A stretch of DNA of 63,739 bases, counting the filler, from Choristocarpus tenellus KU-1152 (lineage: Eukaryota > Protista > Phaeophyceae), in the NCBI GenBank assembly GCA_964200185.2. It is 10 parts of 10 records of this genome, joined end to end, with 100 filler letters (N's around TTAATTAATTAA, not from the genome) between each part and the next. Parts side by side here need not be neighbours in the genome. Positions count along the whole stretch, not along the records: positions 26,511 to 34,398 come from CAXNAD020005442.1; positions 34,499 to 38,195 come from CAXNAD020018447.1; positions 38,296 to 44,654 come from CAXNAD020008306.1; 7 more parts are not named here. One strand, written 5' to 3'. The position numbers and the translations under genes were made by a program. Under the pieces are notes generated by a model. The model saw nothing but the letters and a program-made list of their open reading frames with translations, made no database searches and was not told where the DNA came from. Shown piece after piece: positions 31,996 through 44,654 of the stretch. Each line of letters begins with the position of its first letter. Within the stretch, counting starts at the first letter, position 1.

Positions 31996-32527
31996 ATGGG
32001 CAACATACTAAGTGTAGAAAGGCATTTCCCGGGTATGAAGAAATCTGTTCATTCTGAAAATATTGCATTCACAAGTATGGTATTGCAGGTAGTCCATGGT
32101 CCATTGGGAGGGGGGCTTGGATGGACGGACTGACTACATATATATTTTATTGAGGTTTTGACTTGACAGTTTTTTTTACACCTGACTTGGCATTGTACAT
32201 CGTGACGACTGGGGGATTGTGCACAATCAAAAAGACAACGTGCTTATTGTGTTCTGGTTCCAAAGGTGTTACACAAGTAGTGCATAATTGTCTTGAGTGT
32301 TGAAGTGTCCCTTATCTCAAAGAATGGAGATTCCCAGTGGAAGTTTTGGGTTAAGTAGGACCAAAGTTTGAGGGCCGATTTATCTTTTTATACTTAGAAA
32401 CAACTCACATTCATAGACATTTTTTCACATTATGCGACTTAAAATAAAAGACGTTAAGAATGGAAATTATCCTCATTATCTGTGTGATTCTTACATACAT
32501 GTAAGTACACAATACATAATACGTTAG

Positions 32528-32628
32528 TACATACATACATACATACATACATACACACATACATACATACATAATACATACATACACACACATACATACA
32601 TACATAAATACATACATACATACATACA

Positions 32629-32660
<32 letters not shown>

Positions 32661-32678
32661 CACATACATACATATACA

Positions 32679-32708
<30 letters not shown>
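32528..32708. repeat. (TACA)n microsatellite
   Basis: Direct reading. Confidence 0.95.
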
Positions 32709-32709
<1 letters not shown>

Positions 32710-34498
32710 TACATGCATTCGTACATACAGAGAATTTATTGTATCTAACTGTTTCGAAACACTGAAACCCCAAGTGGCCTTAAAAACTTGTTTCTTGAAT
32801 GCAAAACTTGTTTCTTGAATGAATGCAGCATTTTGATGCAATTTTGAACCGTTCCTTCTTGTCATACTGCTTTTGTCTTCCCTCTGTTCCGCCCATCTTC
32901 TAGTTTGCCAACACACATACATTTTGTGTTTAACACGGGGAAGACCTGTAACTTGACTTGAACTGTTCAAGGTATAACCCTAACCCTGACTTTAACCCCC
33001 TAGGCCTGATGGTAGTCTAATCCAGGGGTCTAAAATGGACTCAAGTGTGCCGGTGATGGTACCCAACTTCTTGTTAAGTAACAAGGGTGGGTGGAACAAC
33101 CAATACTCTTTCTAGAGTCCTGTGCATGGCGAGGGGGTTACAAGATATGGTGTCTATTGCTAACCCTAACCCTAACCCTAACCCTAACCCTAACCCTGGA
33201 CCTATATCCCTGTCCTTAAGCTGTAAAATGGTTGCGACTGGGTGGGAGCGTGCCCCAAGTAAGATCTAAGCTTTTGTGTCTGCTTTAACTGGCTTTGCAT
33301 GGAACTGGTAGACGACGGGCTATTCCATGGCCTGGTCCCTCTACATTTTTGAAGATTCTTTCTCAGCCCTGACGAAATGATCTCTTACCAGGGCTGGCCC
33401 TGACAAGAATATTTCCTTTCATATTTGCAGGGCCAGCCTTGTCAGTATAAGGGTGAAGTTGTAATCTATATATATATATTTTGAAACTGCTGTTTTACGT
33501 TTGTATCATATAGCTCTACACTCTGCTCCAACATAAAAGTGGTATCATATATGTATATTTACACTAATTATTTCCTGAATGGAATGAGATGAGTAGAAGA
33601 TGTCAAACGGGAGATGGTTGAGGAATAATATCTACATACGAACACTATACTGTATTATATATTCGATTGATTATAGGAGACCTATTATTTTTTTTAGGTC
33701 TGTTCAAAGGTGTAATATTTATATCCTGGATAATCATGAATATGGGCATATGGTGCCGTTCTTCTTGTGCTACATGTTCTTATCTTTTGATCTGACATGG
33801 AGGAGTCTTTTCTATCCTTTTGCTGAGACTTTTTCATTTTTTTTCTTGTGCATGTGCTTTCTTGTGACTATTTCGTTGACCATGGGTCTAAAAACCTTTC
33901 AGTCTAATGTGAAGATGATGCTTATTAGAATGTAGCAATATGGGAGGAAGTACCCAGGTGTGGATAGACTGGTTTCCATATCCACCATGGATCACTGGAA
34001 ATTGATCTCTTTGTTTATGTGGATATACAATGTAGAGCGGTGTATGGGAAATTTCCTTTCAACATTGAGTGTTTTTAAATGCATTTTTGATATGTAGCAA
34101 AACTTCCTTTGGAAACGTGTGTGTGTGTTTTATTTTTAATGGATTTTTTTTTTATGTGTAATGAAATTACTTTGGAAATTGGTGGTGGTTTTTTTTAATG
34201 CTAATGTGCATTTTTTCTTCAAAGCTTTGATAGGTAACACTGTATGTTGTATGCGGAGAAATTGGGAAACCTGTTGTACTGAATGACCTGTTGGAGAAAA
34301 TGGCAACCACTTGTACTGACCAGGCTGTAGGGGTCAAAGTATCTGGGGGGGGGTGTCGGCGTCCGTTTTTTACCCTTTTTCCGATTTTCACTTTTTTGNN
34401 NNNNNNNNNNNNNNNNNNNNNNNNNNNNNNNNNNNNNNNNNNTTAATTAATTAANNNNNNNNNNNNNNNNNNNNNNNNNNNNNNNNNNNNNNNNNNNN

Positions 34499-34762
34499 TT
34501 GTGTTGTTTGTGTGTTGAGATGCGGGTTGTGTTGTTTGTGTGTTGAGATGCGGGTTGTGTTGTTTGTGTGTTGAGATGCGGGTTGTGTTGTTTGTGTGTT
34601 GAGATGCGGGTTGTGTTGTTTGTGTGTTGAGATGCGGGTTGTGTTGTTTGTGTGTTGAGATGCGGGTTGTGTTGTTTGTGTGTTGAGATGCGGGTTGTGT
34701 TGTTTGTGTGTTGAGATGCGGGTTGTGTTGTTTGTGTATTGAGATGCGGGTTGTTTGTGTGT
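34499..34762. repeat. 28-bp minisatellite, 9 copies, at contig start
   Basis: (GTGTTGTTTGTGTGTTGAGATGCGGGTT)9, nearly identical units. Confidence 0.95.
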
Positions 34763-35894
34763 CTCGAGTCATTCGTTTCCCAGGCTAGTGGTACTTTGCA
34801 ATGTTATCGCTGTTCTTGGTTATTACCAATCAAAATGTTTGTTTACTGTGTTGATGTCACAGTATCGGTGGAATTGTTTTGGGTGCTTCTCGTTGGCCAA
34901 TCAGCAAGTCCGCTCTACGCTATCAATTGGGAAGTAGTGATGTATTTTTCACTCTCAAGTGAGTGGGAACAGGTATTCCGTCCGCCAGCATCTGATGGTG
35001 CTGTGTACCACGAATAAATTGTAATAACGATGACAGTAATGTTGGGTTTGCTAGAGATAATGGCGATGGACCCAGGTTGGCTCTTCCCAGACAACGGTAT
35101 TCTATTGTGTTCGGAATAGGGACTGCTAAGACTTCATCCTTTCAGCATGAGTTCAAACTGTTCGTGGGGCAGGCTACACAATATTATACAGTGTATGATA
35201 GAGATGCACAAGATTGTGTCAGGTTTTCCTACTGCTTGGGGTGACCTGTCAAAAACCCATCATGAGGTTGCCCTAGAATCTCAGCAAATCCAAATTGGTC
35301 TACTTATTCTACACTGCTTGCTGTAAAGATGAAAGAAACGCCTCCCCAATGATTTTTTTTGTTAGCCTGTAGAGTGTTTGAAGGTGATGTTGAACAGAGG
35401 TGGATGTCTTAATGTCAAAAGACTCTTTGGACGTCATCTACTCCAGAAGAAAAAACCCCGAAATGAACTGTCTGTGCTATTGGACGTAAAACCTTGAAAT
35501 CCAATATTTTTTTTATCCAATATTATTTTTCTTCTTGTTCTCCAAAGTAAAATTGTTCTGTTGTGAATCGGGAGGCCTGGTGAGCATTACTTGAATCATC
35601 TCAGTAAATTGCTATGTGTTGTGGAGTACGTGGATGTTGAAGGTATCAATGTTGAAGGTATTGATGTTAAAGATATCGATGTTAAAGATATCAATGTTGA
35701 AGATGTCAGCTTACAAGGAGAGGTTACCAATGTGCCCTTAGAAGTGCATTGAGTCCAGCATGCCCCTTTTCTATTGGAAACAGAGCATGTAGTCAGTGCT
35801 TACATGATGAGTGAATGCCTTTTCTTTATCTTATCTTATCTTATCTTATCAGATCGTACCATATCATATCTTACCTTACTCTTAACTGATACAG

Positions 35895-36020
35895 GGGTTG
35901 TATGTCAAGGCGGAAATGTTGTATTGGAAGGCGGTTGAAATTGATAAGGTGGTATACGGTGATGACGAACTCGAGGCGACCTATGGCCTTGACTCTCTGG
36001 TGGATTTGCTTGAGAAGCAG
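35895..36020 (+). CDS. 126-nt phase-0 exon encoding one 42-aa TPR repeat (NB-ARC-TPR / kinesin-light-chain-like)
   Basis: CAG|GLYVKAEMLYWKAVEIDKVVYGDDELEATYGLDSLVDLLEKQ|GTGAGA. Confidence 0.8.
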
Positions 36021-37918
36021 GTGAGATGTAAGGCACATTGAGAGCACATATGATAGTCTGTATAGTAAGATGAAGGAGGGAATGTGTGTAGTACAGTGTA
36101 GTGTAGTGTATGACTGCTAGTGTAGTGTATCACTACTAGTGCGTGTTTAGTGAGAACAATGAGCATATAATGCCTTGAGGTGTTAATATTTTGATGGTAA
36201 AAGTGAGGACAATATTAACGACAATTAGATGGTTAAACAGCTTACACGGTGATGGATGTTAATATTAAAAAAATAAAATATAATGGACAGGGTTAGGGCA
36301 TAGAGAGGGTAGGGCGGTCGAGTCCTGTGGACTTTGTAAGCGACATACATCTGTTGTGTGCAGCGTATGTATTTTTTGTTTTTTATATTGATGTATTTTT
36401 GTTCTTTGAGTCATGTCCCCTTATCATCACCGAATACTGTTATTGTTAAATGTTTTTTTAAAAAATGTTACTATCTTTAAACAAAACAGAACCCTATAAG
36501 GAAATAGTAAAGTAAAACTGCACCTTGTAACTGCCCAGAGGCACTGCTTATATGACCCCCGCTCCCCCCCACTTTTTTTGTTCCCCCCCCCCCCCCCTGA
36601 TGAGCAACTTGTTTCTTGTTTCCCATCCCCCAGTGAAACATTTGTGCTTCCTTCTGTTTTATTTACATTAGGAGTTGTATGATTGCATGATGACTTACTT
36701 TTTTACTTTATTTCCTGCATTCGTCTTCTAACCCTAACCCTGAGTATGTAGTGAAGAGTGCATTTGAGTTCTCCTTCAAATATACTGTGCTGTTGTTGGG
36801 TACGACAGCCTGTTTCAGGAGCTTGTCTTGATTGTGAGAAAATATCGCATTGAAGGGATTCAATTATTTTTGCATAGGAGAGTGAAGTCTTGGTACATCA
36901 CATAATCATCATGTATAGAATAGTCTTGAGTTGAAGTAAATTGGAGGTACCCAGGTTTTAGCCAGATTTGCATTTTGAGCTCTGCTTTTTTACAATATTT
37001 TCCAATTATTGCCGTGGGTGGAGAGCTAAGATTTATTTCAGGCTGTTGGTTTTTCTGTTCTTTGGAATTTTCCGGAAGAATTTGGAAACGTCCCTACACG
37101 CACCTGTACAAGAGCCGAATTTTGCAGAACTATTTGTCAGCATCCTCAGAATGCAACAACCCTATGTACCTCTGGCTCATTAGCAGGTGCTGGCTTTAGA
37201 ACTAACTTTGATGTATTCGTAGCACATCTTGTTAATGGGTTGCAGCTTAACTTCCTAAATTTGCACCATTTGCACCATGCATACGTTAGCAGTGGGACTT
37301 GTCGGAGGGTATTGAAAACCTGTGCCACCATCATGGATCCCGTTGTCAAGAACATTCTTTTTACTTATGCATAAAAGAAAATTCTGTAAGAAAGAAGAAT
37401 ATAAGGACGGAAGGGACCGTGTTTGTGTCTCTGAAGAATAAAAGATGGGTTTGGGCCAACGTACTAGAGTATGGAGTGAGTTCAGGAATAGGAAACATTG
37501 TAGCGAGCAATCTGTGATTAGTGATTGCTGACCCATTGAACAGGGTTGATTTTGTTGGCAAGGACAGGACCCCCCCCCCCCCCTTCGGGGCTTGTTAGCT
37601 CACTCATTCCCCCTTCCACCTTCCTTACTTCATCTACAACCTGCTCAACCCCCTTAGGGAATCAACCGGGACATGTACATACACATGTTTTGGGAACATC
37701 AGCTTCTTTAACATCCCCTTCTTGTAAATGCTGCATACACTTCTTAGTGTGAGGTACAAGAAACTGTCTCTACTCTTAAGGGTTAGGGTTAAACAGTAAT
37801 CTCCGCCGCACGTGGAAGTTCCGATTCAGTACCGATTCAGTACCAATTGACTCATCCATCGTCCCGCGCTATGTGTTGCTAACTCCCATCTTGAATTGAA
37901 TTTTGTTGTGTCTCACAG

Positions 37919-38044
37919 GCTAGGTATGATGAGGCACAGTCATTGTGTGCAACGGTTATGGATATCAGGGAGCGTGTGCTTGGGAAGGATCACCAAGATG
38001 TCATCAATTGCAGCGCTCGGTTGACAGACTTGGGTGTCAAGCAG
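37919..38044 (+). pseudogene. Second 126-nt TPR cassette exon with a non-canonical donor (GAGAGA)
   Basis: CAG|ARYDEAQSLCATVMDIRERVLGKDHQDVINCSARLTDLGVKQ|GAGAGA. Same length, phase and AAGCAG end as the 35895 exon, but GA in place of GT. Confidence 0.7.
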
Positions 38045-38355
38045 GAGAGATTGTCAGATCTCAAAAAACCATTGTCGGGCCTCTCAGTATCGGTATGTAT
38101 GGAAGGCGGGCGAGCGGTGTGTGGTTTATCTGATGTGATTGGGAAATTAGGGGGGGGGGGGGGGGTTGGGGGGGGGGGGGTGGGTTGGTTTGTTTNNNNN
38201 NNNNNNNNNNNNNNNNNNNNNNNNNNNNNNNNNNNNNNNTTAATTAATTAANNNNNNNNNNNNNNNNNNNNNNNNNNNNNNNNNNNNNNNNNNNNCAAGC
38301 CCTACAAATGGACAAACAGGGAAAAATTTGTACCCTCTAAGATAGTTTCACTCTA

Positions 38356-38605
38356 ACACCACCATTGACAGCTGGTGTGTACACGGTTGTAAAGGTAACA
38401 AATACAGGGCATCGGGTGTGAAAACGTTGGTGACACCACCATTGATAGCTGGTGTGTACCCGGTTGTAAAGGTAACAAATACAGGGCATCGAATATGAAA
38501 ACGTTGGTGACACCACTGCTGACAGCTGGTGTGTACACGTTTGTAAAGGTAACAAATGCAGGGCATCGAATATGAAAACGTTGGTGTTACCACTGCTGAC
38601 AGCTG
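38356..38605. repeat. 77-bp tandem repeat, about 3.3 copies
   Basis: Units start at 38356, 38433, 38510, 38587. Confidence 0.92.
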
Positions 38606-41122
38606 CTTGGTACAAGCTTCGAATACAAACGAACAGGTAAACTTGTGTTGAGCCGTGTGGTTGTGTTCACGACCGAGAAAAACGCAATGAGGGATGGATA
38701 CGTTGGAAACTCTTCAACACCACACACGTCGCCAATCTTGGCCTAACGTGAGCATTTGCTCCCTGGATTTCAAATCGCCATGATATGGAGGCCTCTTAGT
38801 GTACACGAAATATTTTTTCGCCAGTGTCGACAGAGCTGTGGACTATACTGCGGAATAGACAGACCGGCGTGCATAGGGTTTACGCCGATTTTGACCGAGA
38901 TTGATTTCACTCGGAATTGTATCTGGAGCTTCCGAAATATATTTACACAGGTGGCAACATAGCAGTGGTGGACGAAATTGGTATGGTCGTAGTCCTGAAA
39001 ACCTTCGTGCATAACGCATTGGGGTCTCAATTGCTACCGCTTTGCACTGTATTGAAATGCGAGGGAATGTAATTAGGACCCTGTCTGTGTCGTGTCTGTT
39101 CGTACGGCCTATCTCATGGGAATCGATGTAGTGTGGTGAACAGCAACGCCGTCTAGGCCTAGCCCGGATTTGGGCAATACATTAAGATAGCAATAACGAG
39201 ATAATTCCTAATGGGAGGGGCATGTTCGAGCTTTCGCAAAAGACGAATACAAGACATGTTGGAACTCCTTATCGAGAGGAACTTGTACATAGGAGTTGGC
39301 GGGATATGTTACACATCGCGAACGGTCGGTAGACGAGGAAGGCTCGACCCCGGACGGGCGTGTTCGGTACGGCACACTATGCGACAATGTTTGGGTTAGG
39401 GGCCGTGACTAGGGGGTCATACAACCGCTTGGGTACACCATCATGTCAGCCACATGCTAATACATGCTATGTGAACCGACGAAAGCCGCAATATTTGCCA
39501 AAGGCGCTACATCATGATGGCATTTTTTCGATATTGGTCATTCAGAAACGCTCCCGTATAGGCTGCACAAAGGGTGAACGTTTCTTGTATAGGGACTCAC
39601 CTTCTCGTTCCCTTTGGAGGCATAGCGGTGTTTGGTGGTTGGACTAAGCCTCTCAATTGATCGTGTGATGTCTGCATCGGGTGGGCACGTTGGAAATGGG
39701 ACAGGGGAAACAAACAGAAGGAGAGAGAGAAAATGTTTTTAACATCGAGTCAGACCCAGAGAGGATGGCATGTCGCGGTCGGTTCACATCATCCTCGAGC
39801 CGTACGCACCTGATCACCTTGCACAAAGAGAAAGTACTGCCGTCTTCTTCCCTTCCAACACGCCCGGTGTTTAGCTTTACGTACAGCGCACAGGGATAGC
39901 GACAGACGAGCCCGATCCTTGTGGAAGGGATACGCACCTAGTCTCCCTTGACAATAATCAATAAAAGAACAACCGCCTTTATCGAATGTTGTACCCCTAT
40001 TAAATAGTAGTATATATATATTGGGGTTCTGAACAGGCTTGTTCGAGTGTTCCTTTTCCTTGAGAATCAAAAAGGAGATTTAATAAGGGGAATTTTGCTC
40101 TCTTCACAGATGTACTGAATTCCTATGTAATGTCTACGACGGCGTTGAACTAGAACAAATAGACATAAAAGTGTATATATATATGTAACTACATCCGCTT
40201 TTTCTTCATTAGTGCGAGAGGGTCACAACTTTGAGTTTACATCTTTTTTCATATATTTGTACTTTTGAAGAATTATATTATAGTGCATAACAAAAAAAGT
40301 ATCGCCCATCCACATATGCGACAAACCCCATACTCGCTCACTCTCTTGACATCAAACCAGCGGGCCTGGACAATATAGGGGAATCGTTGTCACAGTTCCT
40401 CGAGAGGACCATACCCATCGCACCACAGATGTACGATGACCACCCGTCAGCCACTAAGGGATCTGGCTAACAACGGGAATGACCACATGGACTCCGGAGG
40501 GTTAGACCCCAGGACATCCCAAAGGCAAGGCCAGGCCTCCGTCGCAGCTAGACACACTCCAATGTAGCCTGTGCGTTCTGTAATTACCTGAAAGAGGGAC
40601 TAGCGCTTGAAGACTAGGCATAGCGAACCATATGGTCACCACACCCTTCCGAAATCACACATTTGCATGGAAATCAGAGACACGTGGTGTTCACCAGTTC
40701 CACGGTAGCTCTGAACCGGTGACACACACGTCTTTCCATCAAGAGCAGAACGAAACCTAACGACGAAGTTCGTGTCTTCCGATACCTGCATTCCGATATA
40801 TATATCGGAACAAAACGATGTTCCTTCCAACATCTATTTCCGATCCCAACCCTAACTCTGTGCCCCAACCCTCACACCGTCCCTGACCCTTGAACAATAA
40901 TGAAATTATGCCAAGAAATGTTTCGCTCTTCCTTCATCCACTCGCCTCATGTCATTTTTGCCATACTTTACCGTACAACGAAGTATGGCAAAAGTTGCGG
41001 CGGTCCACATACCAACTTCTTTGAAGCCACACGCCTCCAATCCAGCGTCCTTGATTTTCCAAAAACTCAAGCGCAATCCATATCCCCTGTAGAGAAAGAG
41101 GCACATACAATGGTATGTGCAT

Positions 41123-41384
41123 GAGTGAAAGTAGTATCTTAGAGGGTAAGAGTTTTTCCCTGTTTGTCCATTTGGGGCTAGGCTTCCCACAATTTTTTTT
41201 AGGACATTTATCTACTCTGAAATGTTTCGCAGTAGGTCAAATGTGTACATTATCATAAGGTGTGTCTGGAACAAGGATATTGACACTTCCTAACAAACGT
41301 GATAGCCAAAATTACATCAAAATCGCAACATTGAATTTTGGCGCCCAAACGGACGCGGATCTACCCTCTAAGATACTTTGACTC
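41123..41384. mobile_element. MITE family B, complete copy (262 bp) with 4-bp TSD GCAT
   Basis: Ends GAGTGAAAG(TAG)TATCTTAGAGGGTA ... TACCCTCTAAGATACTTTGACTC, with GCAT on both flanks. Confidence 0.9.
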
Positions 41385-43278
41385 GCATCTGGGGATATGC
41401 ATAGACTGATACCACATGAAACGTTCAGTATTCCTTCCACCGCAAAACCCATCCTACACAATAGTTTACCGTTCGACAGAACACGTCAATTTTAGTACAT
41501 ACATACACCAATATTATCTAGGGCGACACCTACCACGCATTTGTCAACTGTTTCTCCCAAAAATCAGGTAAAAAACATACTCTACTGTTCGATAAACTAC
41601 CTCAATTCACTTCGTCCTACATGCTTCATGGGATGTATTCATAGCCTTTTTGATGTGGCTCGCGAGTGCCAGCGCATACGCAATGCACACCTTTTCAGGA
41701 TATTCTAACCGGGGCGGTTTCGGTTCTCGATGTATCCAACACACCCTTCTCCACGCTTTGAACGTGGGGTATCATCCAACACAGCCGTACTCCGTGGAAC
41801 ACTTTGTGACCAAATATTGTGCAAGCCCCCTCGCCCAAACAAAGTGGCATTATTACCTACGTTCGCGTCATCAAGATCGAACACTAATGTCAAAGGGAAA
41901 CAAACCCACCAACTCATATCGTAACCTCGTTTGAATCCCACTCAGGAAACAGGGACTAAAGAGACTGCCCAAGACTAGTGCCGCTCGTTCGTGGAAGAAA
42001 TCCCAAACTGACCGGATCATAGACCTCTTCCTCTCCATGTTTGTCAACCACGATGGTCTAGAAGAGATGGAAGGAAGCGCCGCACTTGGAACGACCTTGC
42101 CTCTTGGTTATTGGATGAGAAAAGCAGATTTGCACCATTGGCGAGCGCACTGCGAGTTGTGCTGGCTCGGGAAGAACGCGAGTCCACGCCTGATCTCCAG
42201 GTCAAGACATTCCTAGAATGTGTAAAGAAAGATCTTAGCATAGAGCAAACCCGCCAGGTATACAAATCCATCCTCGTCGGCATTGCTTCTGATGTTGAAA
42301 TAGGGGATGACGGGGTGACATCAACGTTTCAACCCCTTCTGTCCGTCCGTCACAGCAAGAAAATACGACATTCACGTCGACACACTAAGGTTATCCGCCA
42401 AGAAACGAACGGAATTCATGCGAGACATGCCGCGACAGACAAGCCCTCCGCATTGGCTGCAGATGACGCTGGAGGATCGTCTCCCATGTCCGATACCCAC
42501 GCCCTCACTGCTCTCCTCAAGGCACCGCCCAGAGGTATAGAAGTTCATTCTCATCAACCATCAACGGTGTGACACACACAACTTCGCCCCCGGGCGAACA
42601 CGTCCCCTGTATGTCGAAGAACAATTTCATCATTAACAGATACTCGGATGATCCCTTATATCCTGGTGCGCAACTGACACATGGCCTACATATTCCATCG
42701 TTACCTCAGACAAAACGGCAGACCAAGGGTATTCGACGTGGGAAGGAACAGCTCCTCGCGACAGTTTGATGTGCAGCATCCTGATACACATGTTCGTGGC
42801 ATCACCGTATGGGAGAGCAACAGCAGTGCCATGCCCCACGATTCGGTCACATCTCATGATTCCGCTCAGGGCATGCACTACTTGGACCCGCATACGAACA
42901 AGAGAGTTTGTCGTCCGGATGCACTGTGCCAACAGCACGCTGCTCCACACTAGCGACTCTCATTGTTACAAGTATTGCGTATATCCACCCTTGACACTCT
43001 ATGGATGAATCATTATAACATGTTTATCCTGGACCAGCAAAACTTCAACATGACACTATGTATATATGGTGCAACCGACGTGACAACAGGACAAAGATTG
43101 AGACAGATGAGGATGTCTATGCCAACTTCATGGAGATATTCGAACAGGAGGGGACGTCATAACCAATACCCTGTCTGCCGACATTCGTGAAGTGGAGACC
43201 GTTCTACATCACAAAGGTCACGCCAAGGTGTGTGCGGAAATAATCTTTCGATTTATAGGACACACACTACAGTGATGT

Positions 43279-44538
43279 TTGGGTAAGTCTATGTTTCCTA
43301 ACCGCCACAGGGTACCCATTCACATACAGCATCGTCCATGTCCACACACAGGGGTTGCTAACCCACCGTATCCTTCCCTCCACTCTTCCACACAATACAG
43401 ATCGTGCCTTTGCATTCACCACATGACCACCGACCTCCAGGTTCAGTGCCTAAGACAGAACTGGAAGAAAGTACATGCAAGGATGATCTTTGGTGATGAT
43501 GGACAACGCACTTGCGCATGCATATGCGCATTCTGCGACAAAGGCAAGGATGCGGCTCTGAAAAAGTGGAGGCCGCACTCCAAAGTGGCGCTCATTTAAT
43601 GACCTTCCTCCTGTACGTTTCTATACCAAACCACACCCACGACGTGGCGAATGTGTCAGCACGACGAGCTTGAGCAACAGCCAAAATAATCAACCCATCG
43701 TAGATACACACCAACGTACTCGCCCTCAAACCGTTTCACTACGTCCTCTGAATACGTGGCAGCGACAGCTGGACTCCACTAGTGACGTGCGATCTGCTAC
43801 TTAGACCTCTACACTGACACCAATAATCACTCTCGGACTAATCAAAACAAAACAGATGCAAGAGGACCGTGCTGGAGCCCCTCAGCGAACTGTCCTCTGG
43901 CGGTTCCTTGGGCAGATTCAAAAATTCTTGTGTCGACGGTACATGTGACAGGTGTGACTGGAAATCCTCATCCTGATGTGGAAATGCCATTGTATGTTGG
44001 ACTCTCACAGCACCCGTGTCACATGGAACGAGTTTGCCCACGCATATATCCCGGTGGTGGAGGCGGACCTGCAACAAAAGACTTCCCAGGAGATAAAGGT
44101 GTGCCTTATCCAAGCACATAACCAATTAATTAGATTTGGAAGAAGAACCTATGTGGTTCCACCCTCACGCCGGGTCCAGGACCGATACAGCAACCTACCC
44201 TACCAATCGACCATATCCCCATGTTCACATCCAGACCACACACCGATGCTGCAATAAATCTCTATGTTCGTCTACACTGCCACACTGGCGCTGTCCTCTA
44301 GACTTGGCATCGCCACCCCCAGCAGGACCACCAAAGATGACATTATAAAGATGACCAAGGCAAAATATGCAGAACTGAGGGCGGACAATCTCATGACCAA
44401 CGAATTCATTATCGCTAAGTGCATGGTAGGAGAGTCTGCCCCCGACTACAGGAGGAACAGGACCGAGGAGAACGAAGACGAAGACGCCATAGGGTCTATG
44501 GACAAGCACAGCCGGAGGCGAAAGGTGAGCGACAGTCT
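43279..44538 (+). mobile_element. Decayed Cys-rich DNA-transposase-like relic (Sola2-like?)
   Basis: Fragments across frames: YRSCLCIHH, TCACICAFC, FKNSCVDGTCDRCDW, VTWNEF, with stops and frameshifts. No catalytic triad identified. Confidence 0.4.
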
Positions 44539-44654
44539 GAGTCAAAGTATCTTATAGGGTAGAGCCGCGTCCATTTGGGGGTCAAAATCCAATGTTGCGA
44601 TTTTGATGTAATTTTGGCTATTGTGATTGTTAGGAGATGTCAATATCCTTGTTC
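44539..44654. mobile_element. MITE family B, partial copy at contig end (another partial copy at 38296-38353)
   Basis: GAGTCAAAGTATCTTATAGGGTAGAGCCGCGTCCATTTGGGG, truncated by the linker. Confidence 0.85.

Noticed and set aside
32411-32970. MYVC-repeat ORFs
   Set aside because: Translations of the (TACA)n microsatellite.
35634-35708. 15-bp tandem repeat (GATGTTGAAGGTATC-like) suggesting a repeat protein
   Set aside because: Short, with no splice context or extended ORF; treated as a simple minisatellite.
34499-38605. 28-bp and 77-bp arrays (and the 33-bp array at 29551) as CRISPR-like arrays
   Set aside because: Head-to-tail units without unique spacers, no cas genes, eukaryotic context.
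40791-40810. Perfect 20-bp palindrome TTCCGATATATATATCGGAA
   Set aside because: The core is an (AT)n run, which makes such palindromes likely by chance; no supporting context.
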